From Macrostomum hystrix (lineage: Eukaryota; Animalia; Platyhelminthes): a DNA stretch of 64,000 bases. The translations under genes and the position numbers were made by a program. Under the pieces are notes generated by a model. That model saw nothing but the letters and a program-made list of their open reading frames with translations. It was not told where the DNA came from and ran no database searches. Of the stretch, positions 1 through 10,875 are shown piece by piece (positions within the stretch are counted from its first letter, which is position 1; each line of letters begins with the position of its first letter). The stretch lies in NCBI GenBank assembly GCA_950097015.1, contig CATNEN010000010.1, forward strand, positions 3,038,001-3,102,000. The letters run 5' to 3'.

Positions 1-476
1 ATTGAGAGATGTTTAGTGACAAAGGCAGCATTTTTGCTGCTTCTGTACGGAAAAGCGGATTGGTATCCCTACTGTTAATCACGGCATAAAGCTTTGGAAT
101 CGCCGATCACGGCCAATAGTCTGATCCCAGTCTGAGCTGGGCCAGATGGAAGCACTAATGAGTATTACGGCCACACAGTTGCATGTAGACAGTGCGCCGC
201 CAGTCCCACTCCAGCACGCGAGCACTCATGTCCTTCGAGCTGAGCCCAGCCCGGGCGGGTCGATGACAGAGCCCCTGCTACTATTTATATAGCGCCTAGA
301 TTGTCTCGAATAATGAGCGATCGATTCGCCACCGCGCCGATCGATCGCTCATCCGCTTTAAGCCTCACCAAACTCAGAGCTCATGAATTCGCACTTACAC
401 GAGTGCGGGGCAGCGAGACATGCACTTTTCTTTTGCGAATCTCTACTTTTTTTAATCATTATTTCAGTTCAGCTGT

Positions 477-781
477 GAGATCAGCAGCCAAGACTGAGGA
501 TCTGGGAGATCAGCTGTCAAGACTGAGGATCTGGGAGATCAGCAGCCAAGACTGAGGATCTGGGAGATCAGCTGCCAAGACTGAGGATCTGGGAGATCAG
601 CTGCCAAGACTGAGGATCTGGGAGATCAGCTGCCAAGACTGAGGATCTGGGAGATCAGCTGCCAAGACTGAGGATCTGGGAGATCAGCTGCCAAGACTGA
701 GGATCTGGGAGATCAGCTGCCAAGACTGAGGATCTGGGAGATCAGCTGCCAAGACTGAGGATCTGGGAGATCAGCAGCTAA
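477..781. repeat. 29-bp minisatellite, ~10 copies (AAGACTGAGGATCTGGGAGATCAGCTGCC)
   Basis: Direct tandem repeat read from the sequence. Confidence 0.95.
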
Positions 782-1392
782 AGCGGGAGATTTACCAAAA
801 CTTAAGCAAAATCTGCACCTTGCAAATGAACAAAGCCTCCAGTAAAGACGGAATCTTTATGAGATTTTAGCTGCTCAAGTCAAGTACTCTTCCGTGAAAC
901 TTGCTGCTGCTTTTACAAGCAATGCGAAGCCAATGGAGACAGAAAGGAATTCATATATTTTTAACAGAGCCGGGAACTGTTGTTAATGCAATAAACATTG
1001 TGAACCGAATTTTAGAACTGGGACTAGACAATATACTACTTACATTTTCTATGCCAGTAGTGAGTAGCGATAAGGTGGAGATTAAAAACTGGCTGAAATC
1101 TTAGCTGAGCTAATATCCAAATCAACAGACTTTCTATTTAAAAGTCATAGCAAAAATGTAGACACGCTACTGAAAGTAGGCAGGGCGATTCAGTAGTCGA
1201 TACATTTTTTTCCGATCAGCCATTAACCCGATATGCAAATCTCCGTTAGCTAGTTACAAAGTTATTATTTTTACAACAGCAAAAAACTTCTTTCAATTTG
1301 GAAATTCACAGCATTAAAATGTGTTATGAACAAGCTTAAAATACTTTACTGTCAGATCAGCACGGCAGTTTGTTATAAAAAACGGTTAACTG

Positions 1393-1752
1393 CTAAGCTG
1401 ATGGCCCACCGCCACCGCCGCCGGCGCCGCCTGCCCTGGCGGTAGTTTTGCCTTCGCAGGCAACAATCTTGACTCTGTCAGCGTGCACAATTTCCGTGGC
1501 CTCCTTGAAGTCGCAGCTGCTCAACACGAATGTCCAGACATTGTCGCAGAATCTGTAGGTGTCCAGCTTGCCACGGAATGTGACCCGACTCTTGACCCTG
1601 GAGGACAGGGCGGTGTTGATGCACTGGTCAAAGGTGCGCAGAACCAGCAGTGCCTGATCGCCATTCATCTGGCCATCGCGAACCAGCTCGTCTAGGGAGT
1701 CCTGCAGTGTGAGGCCCAGGGTGGTGTTGCGGTACAGCTGATGAAAGGCCAT
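1393..1752 (-). CDS. GTF2A2: Transcription factor IIA gamma (small) subunit, intronless CDS, 119 aa
   Basis: [23 protein letters not shown]...[17 protein letters not shown]...DRVKIVAC matches TFIIA-gamma. The true start is Met46 of the track ORF (ATG at 1752). Confidence 0.95.
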   Translation of the reverse strand: MAFHQLYRNTTLGLTLQDSLDELVRDGQMNGDQALLVLRTFDQCINTALSSRVKSRVTFRGKLDTYRFCDNVWTFVLSSCDFKEATEIVHADRVKIVACEGKTTARAGGAGGGGGGPSA

Positions 1753-3499
1753 GAGTTCCCGATGAGCAGACAGTAACGATTCTGCTGGAAGTTTGAGCAA
1801 AATGGGATTACCAAGTTTAGAATTTCGGAATTGGTTTAGAAATAGGGTAAAAATATAAAAAAAGAAAAATGCTATAGAAAAGTACATGAATATGTTCCTG
1901 CCTACAGACTGGGCTAAATATAGGAATATAAATGAAGGGAAAATAAATCAACAGAGCTACACACAGATCTAGATAGATGTCAGCAAAAAGGCAGTTTTTT
2001 ACAATTGGCAACAGAAAAATTGGGGGCTACCTGACAACTCACATTTTGGATGTAAGAGTGTATGTTAATTTGGCGGACAAATCTTGTACAGCTTAAACAC
2101 AAATTCTTATATTACAAGCAGTAGCTAATGTTATTAGCATCATAATTAGAAAAATCACATATATATTGTTCACATATGGCAATACCACAAGCATTAAGGG
2201 AATGCTAGCTGCTAACTAAAAAGGAATTAGCATAAAAAAGTGCATCTCAATTCACTTTAAAAATATCTCAATGATAGCAGTGTCATGCCAAGTGCTTTGG
2301 CAAAAAAATATTGTCTACATACAAACATAGCAGTTGTACATAAGGGGGTTAAGGCACATGAGGCACATAAGGAGACTAAGTGGCAGAATATGAATTTGTC
2401 TTGACTTCTGACTCACTGCTCAAATCTGTGGCAAGGCCACTTGAATTTTTTAGATCCACTGGATCAATTTATGCCCATTTTAACCCCTAAAGCACATTGG
2501 GTGCTAATCACTTTGACAAATACTATGTTGTCCTATTGGATGCCAAACAGACAAAAAATAGGTATAGTTTGTTATAATCTCCTGATGTGGATGTAGCCAT
2601 GGCAACTGCTAAATTCATTGTGTACATGCAATAAATACATAAAAATATACTATGAAACTATACTATGCTATAAAACTATGAAATATCATTGTTTTGTAAC
2701 ACCCAATGACTCAAGGCTCAAATAACTTAATAAAAATAAGACAAAGAGTAAGGTCGGATTTGTGTAGTGGTGATGGACTGTCTATTTATTTATTAAGATG
2801 TCGGTCATAACCTGAGAATTTATTTTGATTTCCTTGTCTTAGTAGAAAAGTCTTGATTAAGCTCTAGCGCCCAATATGCTTCCAAAACCACTGGTAACTA
2901 GCTAGGCTGAGGCATGAAATACGCAGCGAATCAAATTTTAAATATAGAGCACAGATACATGGAATATAGTATGTGAAAACCGGACTTTCAATACTTGCAT
3001 AAATAATGAATAATATGTACAGTTATATATTTAATATAGATAAATAGGAGACATTATACATAGACCAAATTCACCAAGAATAAAAAAATTTAATTCACAT
3101 AGAAACTAAAAATTCCTAGACAAATAATGACAAACTACAATTACCAAATAAATGACATTGTCACAGTTTATTTGTCTTTAGACAGTTGCTGCAACATTTA
3201 CATTCTAGTGTATCAGTGCATGTCTGTTTCAATGTTACATTTCATTTAGACTATTTTATATTTCACCATAATTGAAGTAACTGTGACTCTGAAATTAAAT
3301 ATTCTTACATTTTTGCAAGTGCATCAAGCATAGTTAACCCACATAAAATAATTAGGATTCTAGTTGCTAAAATTATAAACTGTAAATACAACTTCCTTTA
3401 TTTCAGCACCAATTATGGTTTTCAAAACAAATTGATTTAGCAATATAGTTGATGCTTAAAAAAATATTTAGGAGTACAAGAGATAAAATTCTTACAATT

Positions 3500-4390
3500 G
3501 TTAGGCCTATTCTTAGTGGAAATATAAATTAAAACAAATTTGATTTAGATTTAGATTTTAAAAGTCATTTTTATCTATCTGCCCTCAAGCCTTGAGTAGG
3601 CCTATTGGTAGATGATAAAGTGACTAAAAATGAGGAATGAGCCAATTTTTTAATGGCAAAGTGAATAATGTTTCATAGTACCTTCCATTGTATATGAGAA
3701 AGTGAACAAAGGCAAAAATATTTAGGCAACAAAATTATTTTACAATAATTATATTGAAAAGAAATAATAATTTCACAATACAATAAATGAGAATTTTGAT
3801 TAATTTAAGGTAGTTTGATTATTCGTCTGGTTAACCTACCCAAGGACTTAATTTCTCCCCTTTCAACGAGCAGGAGCAACAATCCTCCCAAAGACCACTC
3901 TTGCCCTGCTGAGAGCCATCTTGAGTCTTGACCTCACAAAGACCAAACTATACCCTTGAACTAAGTTAGTCCCTGAAACAACCAAATTTCTGGAAAAGGT
4001 TATATTTTTTTAATTAGCTGATAAGTGAAAATAATTTGAGACAAACTTCAAATCTGAATGACTGTCCTTTTGCAGCTTGCTAATTATTTTATCTTACAAA
4101 TGATAGAGTAAAATCATCAACTCTATCATGGTTCTCGTGGTAGCGCTGCAACCCTTTATAACTTAGTTATAAGTTATAACTCGGTTGACCGGACGAATAA
4201 TCAAATGGCTATTTGTCCAGTTAACCAGACAAATAACAACTGCCTTAATTTAATCCAGCTACAGTAAAATATACTTCTTTCTTGCATTGATTTTGCCACA
4301 TTAAATTGAGAGTCCCACCTCAAAAGACCAAACTCATTCATTTTAATTGTATATGGATTCAGCATTTGATTAATCAGCAAAACCATATTC
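3500..4390 (-). mobile_element. Possible highly decayed hAT-like DNA transposase remnant
   Basis: ORF 4201-4386 contains LLRWDSQFNVAKSMQER, which resembles the hAT TRWNS..ML.R motif. The rest is AT-rich and disrupted, and no termini were found. Confidence 0.25.
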
Positions 4391-5119
4391 AGTCTAGAGA
4401 GGATTTTTTTTAGTCTACAGTCTACAGGTTGAATTCTACAACTCTACATGATGATTGGTTTCAATTCAAATCCAATGTTTAATTTACAACACCTACAAAC
4501 TGCAACTCTGCAAGTTAAAACTTCCAAGTCTGGCTGAAGTCCTAAACTGGTCATAACTAATTGAGCCAATAGTAACAACCATCTTGCATTGCACAAGGCA
4601 CCTAGTAAAGTGTATATAAATGTAACTGCTACCCATACCCACCATTGCTAGCCCACGACCCTAACCACACGCCATAGTGCGGATCATGTTAATTGTACGC
4701 GAGAAACGACCTGAAACTAATCCCCAAAAGCATGCCGACGACAAGCGAATGCACGCCGTGGAAACCAAACAACTAACTCTTAATGCTCATTAAGTTAATA
4801 TGGGGAACCCATATTTCCCCGACAGACATTTTCCGACAGACATTTTTCACTTTAAGCGAAAATTAAAACAAAAACACGAACTCTCGAACCTAAAGTGTAT
4901 GTCCGTCTCTGACGCCGAGCTATGCTTTAAAAAAATGTGCGGGACGAATCGTTTCGTCAATGATTTGCTACTGAAGAAACTTTTAAAGTGTGCTCTGACG
5001 GCTTTTTCTGTAGCAGGGACATGCGTCTAGCAGTTGTAACAGTATCTGGTGAAATAATTGACCCATGCCTTTAGTTGAGGCAGAAATAGGATTATAAGAC
5101 GCATCTGAAAATCTCACGC

Positions 5120-6120
5120 TGATTACAAATTAAGAAAAATCGCTGTTCGAAGCAGCCTTTGCCTCTTGCCGGGTTTTCTTCCAGCGCGTGAAAGATCCTT
5201 AGCCAGCTTCTTCATTCGAATATTTATAAAAAGCATAGCCATTACTCGAATCAAATGCAGCTTGTGAGACTCAATGCTGATACTCGCGGATGCCGAATGA
5301 GAGTCCAGTTCAGGGAACAGATCGATTGACATGCGCAGAATCTCCTGAACAGCTACATCACTAGAGAATCCGCTGCTGTAGCTGGCACGACGAACAACAG
5401 TCTCTGCATTGAGCAACACCCGCAGGACATTGCTGCTAGGAAAAATCAGGCCGCCAGTTCCTTCCTTGTTCAAAACATTTTTTATGGCAACGAGTGAGCA
5501 TGGTCCGCGTGAAGCTCCTGGCGTCAGAGCTTGCGATCAGAGCTGACCTGCACGGAGCACATTCAACTGCTTTCATCATTCTTCGGACGACCGCGCCTGC
5601 GATATAGCACACGATGGACTGGCAAATTTCACACACCGATGCATTCTTGCAGTTTTGGATTGAACCCAGGCTCAGTCCCATTTCATTTTGAGCTTTCATC
5701 TGCTTCCATGGCTGCTGTCCCGATGATGATGGCAGACAAGACAATGATAACTGATCAATAGTGGCATCCTGCTGCCTCACATTCGGACTCACGGACTGTA
5801 GAATGAAGTTGAAGTAGAAGTTGAAGCAAGACTCTGCAAAGTGGACCGAGCAGACTTGGGTGGTCGCCAATGGTTTGAACTCCTGGCGTCGGAGCGCAAA
5901 CAGCCACTTTCTCTTCATTTCAGTGTCCTTTGGAAAAAAATGGAAGGACACTGCCGCAGACATTGACGAGTTGTTCGAGCAGCCTAGAGCGCAGCAAAAG
6001 CTAAATATATTACTACATACTTAGCTATGTCCTTTGTATGTGTAGTTTTGATCAAAGATTATAAATATATAATCTTTGACTGAACAAACACTCTATTTAC
6101 ATAAACTATAGTCTTTAGAA
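5120..6120 (-). mobile_element. Internally deleted THAP/P-element-like transposon (THAP domain plus C-terminus, no catalytic core)
   Basis: FCCALGCSNN (in frame, upstream of the first Met) then FHFFPKD..KRKW..VCSVHF is a THAP domain. It is followed almost directly by the P-transposase C-terminal motifs YIAGAVVRR..C..C and GGLIFPS...HKLHLIR..FINIR. TIRs were not located. Confidence 0.75.
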
Positions 6121-6140
6121 ACGCCGATTGCTTTGTGCAC

Positions 6141-7866
6141 TGTTGCATATGCTGCATGCCATGCTGCATTATTCATAGATTTATTTTCTTTTTTCTTCTA
6201 AAAGTAGTCTGTGCCATCGGGGCAAAATGTTACCGTACACCTTGTTTGCTAGAAACTTCAATGCCCTTAAGGGTAAAGAAATATAAGAGCGAGCTTCGTG
6301 CTCATGCCAATTTGGAGCTGCTCAAATAACGCCCTTCTTCAATTCATAAACCCAAGTGCCTTCGTGTTATTCAAACGTAACATGACAACGAGAAAAGTCA
6401 CTGGATTCACTGAAGAAGTTGTGTATTGACTACCTTACTTTCGCAGGACTGATGGCTCAGCCGCTGGATTTTCGACTTGGAGAATTGCCTCTTTCTTATC
6501 CTGAGATTGAGCAGTATTTCAAAAGACTGCAGTTTTACTTGGTGGGTTCAGGGAAGCAAGCTCACTCCAAAGCAGTACTTCTAGCGAACGGTGCAGAAGA
6601 AGAGTCATTCCGGATGGGTGAGACCAGAGAAGACGTCTGCCCACAAGCAGCAGCACTGTTTGGACAACCGCAAAGGACCGACAAAGCCTCCTGAAACTGG
6701 TCACTGCCACACATGCGGAAAAGCAGGACACGTCAGGTCAAAGTGCCGATTTCGGGATGCGCAGTGCCGAAAGTGTGGGAAGGTTGGACACCTGGCAGCA
6801 GTTCGTCGCTCCAAGACCGTTAATGCTCTGCAGAACGTGTGCCGATCAGAGGATTCTAGCCATGGACATGTGGGAGCAATCTACGCGACAACTGACATCG
6901 GAGATCGTCATTCAACTGATCAGTGGTTTGTTACATGCAAGATCGGAGACGCGAGTGCTAAGATGTTGGTAGATACAGGCAGTCAAGCTACCATCATACC
7001 CAAGCATGTTGCTGATAGTTCCCATCAAGTCGTACGGCGGTTTCCAGCCAGAAATATACTGTCATTCAGGATGCCATTAATACTCTGTCCGATGGAAGAT
7101 CTGCCACTGGCAAAGTCTATGTAGGCAACGATTTATTGGCTATACTGGGAATGGATTTCCTATCGCGCCTGGACATACTGCACATCGACTGAAGCATTTC
7201 AGAAGATCTTCTTTGCATGCCAGTAGGTGCGCGATGCAAATTCGAGATTTCTCGCAAGTTTCCGCCTCCGCTCAGATGCTAGAACGGACGGCATGCGATA
7301 TCCTGCCAGATCTCGGCCCTTTTCGATGAAGTCTATGGTTGAGACTGAGCTCAAGTGCTAAATGCAGGCATTATATATCCAGTGAAAGACCCAGCCGATT
7401 CTGCGACAATTGTTCCAGTTTTAAAGTAGTAAGGCTCAGCGAGACCAATACGTCTATGTGGCGACTACTCAGTCACGCTTAATCGCATAATCGATGCCGA
7501 TCGCTACAAGCTTCCAAAGCTAGAAGAAATCCTTTCTAAATTCCTAATGCCAAGTACTATTCAGTCTTGGATTTGGAAGACGCGTTTCTTCAAATTGCGC
7601 TTTCCCCTGAGAGCCAGAAACTTACCTGCATCTCTACGCACCTGGGCTACTTTGCTTTAAAAAATCTTCAGTTCGGAATTTCCGCAGCACCATTAATATT
7701 CCAAGAAGTTATGGATGATGTGCTCAGAAACGTATAGAATACACTGCTTCGTATCAAGACGACATAATAATTGGAACTGCCGGAGACCGACAACAACACA
7801 TCCTGGTGCTAAACAAGGTAAAGCAACGTTTGGCTGACAATGGGTTCAAGATTAACGCAAGTCACA
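6141..7866 (+). mobile_element. 5' part of a decayed Gypsy LTR retrotransposon (5' LTR 6141-6381, gag, protease, partial RT)
   Basis: TG...CA LTR followed by TGACAACGAG (PBS-like). Two CCHC knuckles (CHTCGKAGHVRSKC, CRKCGKVGH), protease LVDTGS and RT RLCGDY...YQDD, with frameshifts and stops. Interrupted by a LINE at ~7866. Confidence 0.9.
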
Positions 7867-7869
7867 GGA

Positions 7870-10335
7870 ATGCTAGGACTCTCAGGGCGCACCTCGAGCG
7901 GGTGCACACATCGAACGCTCCACCGAAGCAGCCAGTGGGGCAGGAGCGACGAGGAGAGGCGCCGACTGACTGGTTTGAGGCTAGCACTCACCAGGCGGAT
8001 CGCGCCATCCACGTTGACCTGACCGACGAGGCGAGCCTGGGCAGTATCGGCGTCACGACGCAAAGGGACGGGGAGGGAGATTCTCATGCTGGGCAAATGT
8101 CCTCTGAGGGCTCCTCAGCCACCCTGACCGCCGGGGGCGCCGAGATTCCCATGGAGCTATGCGAGCCTTCCATCTCCGAAAAGGAAAAGGAGGAATTGCT
8201 GCGCGACTCCCCGACTGCGCGGCCATGATCAGCAGTCCAGGTATTTGCTGCCTGCAGATTAATCTGCAACACAGCGTCGCAGCTTCGGCTAACCTGATGC
8301 GTCAAGCCGAGCTCGACAAGCCGGGTCTCATCCTAGTCCAGGATCCGTCAACCTCCAAAGGTAAGCCCCAAAACGTGCCCTCTGGGTACAACTGCTTCTG
8401 CGTTAGCCCCCACGAGGCGAACCGGCCACCTAGAGCCTGTATCTTCGGGGCCAAAACCCTCGGTGCTTGGCTCAGATCCGACCTGTCTAACGGGGATATC
8501 TGCGTCATTCAATCTGAGGATCTGCTGCCTGGGAAAACCACCCTCGTTGCCTCGGTTTACCTACCAGGTGACGCAGCGGTCGTCCCCCGGACGCTCACCA
8601 CCCTGCATGGTTGAACTCTGCTCTGCCAGGAACTACGAGCTCATGGTCCCGGCGATATCAACGCCCACCATACCCACTGGGGCAGCACAGGGATAAACCA
8701 GAGAGGCGAAGACCTCCTGTCCTATTTTGCCTCTACGACCCTTGAGTTCTGTAACTCCGGGTCTACACCTACCTTCGACAATGGACGCTGGTCAGAGGTG
8801 ATTGACGCCACACTCGCTTCACCTAAACTCTTTCAAAGTATTGGGGTGTAGCGCGTGCTCCCGGTGCCGTCCCTCTCTGACCACAAGTTCATTCACTTTC
8901 GTGTGGCGAGCGCTCGCAGCCTTAACCACATCACGTGGAGACGGAACGCCAGAAATACTGATTGGGAAGCCTTCGGTCTTCGGGCCATGAAACCACCCAC
9001 TATCTCAACGTGCCGAGAAGCGAACGAGTACGCGACTACTGTTTTAACAGAAACGCTAACCGCCGCATTCGAGGCAGCCTGTCCCTAAAAGCCTACAAAG
9101 GCAAGACATCTGCCTTTTCCAGTGGTGCGCCGTGGTGGAATCCTGAGCTCGGCGACCTCCATCGCAGAGCGAAGAAATTACACCGCAGAGCAAACAAAAC
9201 CAGGAGCCCTGCAGACCAGACCGCCTACCTTGAAGCCATTCATGAGTTCAAGAGGGAGTTCAGGAATGCCAAGGCCCAGAAGTGGCGTCAATACTGCGAG
9301 GAGCTAGAGGGCTCACGCCCCACCTCCAGGATTGTCAAAGCACTTACGTTGGACAAAATGTCCAAGCTCTCCTCGGTAAAGCGAACCGACGGCACGTCAA
9401 CTTACAATCCTGGGGAGACGCTTGAGGTCGTGCTCTCTGCCTTCTTCCCCAAGGAGCCAACCAACCCGACCACCTCAGACCACACTGAGGGAGGCCAGAT
9501 GCTGGCTGCCTCTATCATCACGGAGGACCGCATCGTTAAAGTGGCCACCTCCTTTAAGCCTTTTAAAGCTCCAGGGCCTGATGGCATCGTACCTGCTTTT
9601 CTTAGAGAGGCGGTTAAATGCCCAGGTTTCCTGTGCTCTCTTTGCAGCCTCTATCGAGCCTGCATCACGCTCGGGTACGTCCCGCAGGCATGGACCGAGG
9701 CGAAGGTGATTTTTATCCCGAAGCCAGGCCGCCCGGACTACCAGTCCATTAAATCCTTCAGACCAATCAGCCTAACCACCTTCCTGGTCAAGCTGATGGA
9801 GAGACTTGTGGTTTGGCGCCTTCTCTCAGTGGAACTGAAGAACGCGCCGCTCAGCGACAACCAGCATGCTTTTCGGGCGGGTCGCTCCACCGAAAGCGCG
9901 CTGCACGTTCTGGTCGACAAATTAGAAAAAGCTGTGCTTGGCACCGGCTTCGCCCTAAGTGTCTTCCTGGACATTGATGGTGCCTTTGACAACGTCCTCT
10001 TCGAGGCGTTCCGCAAAGCCCTTTGTGAGAGACACACTCACTCGTCCCTCACCAGATGGATCATGTATATGATCAGTCACGCAAAGGGAGCCCGCAGGGA
10101 GGGGTTCTCTCTCCTATTCTCTGGAACATGGTCATTGACGAGCTCCTCCGAGACGCTCGTCCTGACCCAATCCTGAAGGTAGGTTATGCGGACGATGTCA
10201 CTGCTGTGGCGTCTGGCCCATCCCTGATACTCTCAGGGACCTCTTTCAGAATTTCATCCACTCTGCTTAACAATGGGCGGGTCGCTGTGGTCTGAAGCTC
10301 TCCGAGACCAAGAATGCAGTGATCATGTTCACCAG
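7870..10335 (+). mobile_element. Truncated non-LTR retrotransposon (LOA/R1-like; APE endonuclease + RT), frameshifted
   Basis: Endonuclease start LQINLQHSVAAS. RT motifs VIFIPKPGRPDY..FRPISLT, QHAFRAGRSTESALH, FLDIDGAFDNV, GSPQGGVLSPILWN and GYADD. Internal deletion near 10077 and 3' truncation. Confidence 0.9.
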
Positions 10336-10875
10336 AACTGTTTGAGAAGCAAAATATATATTTTAAATTTGTGAGCCGGGTATTTAATTGTGTTTTATGT
10401 GTGAGCAGTGAAGATTTTGTCAATCCAAAAACGGTGCAGATATTTTCCAAGATTTTTCAATCTCATTTGCAATTAGAATGCAGATGGTGCGATCATATCT
10501 GCCAATTTTATTTTTTGTTAGCGAAAATCTGTATACAATATACCTGAGGAATGACGGCGTGCACTAAAATTTTATTGGCTACTGCCACTTGACGAATTTG
10601 AGCAGAGCCGCGTCGCAGGTAACCTTGCGAAACTTAGTACGTATGCAGTTACAAAAACTTAAGTAGCTTAAGAAGCATTCCTACTATAAACTTGCCAAAC
10701 TTAGCAAGCACTTACGAAAACTTACTACGTTTAGAAGCATTCTATAAGCTTAGTAAGTTTAGTATGTCCTTAGCATAGCACTTTCAAGTCTGACTAAGGG
10801 TAGAAAAATAATTTTTCCTGAGTGTGCCACAATTTCCAGTGTATTCCTCATCAAAGTCTCTGATTGCGAAAGTCC

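Noticed and set aside
1753-1887. N-terminal extension of TFIIA-gamma in the ORF track
   Set aside because: It is AT-rich non-coding sequence, and homology starts at Met 1752.
2340-2500. GGGGTTAA / TTAACCCCT, piggyBac-like ends
   Set aside because: They face outward and no partner termini were found.
10620-10800. Degenerate CTTAG/CTTAC-rich stretch near the proposed breakpoint
   Set aside because: No definable period or termini.
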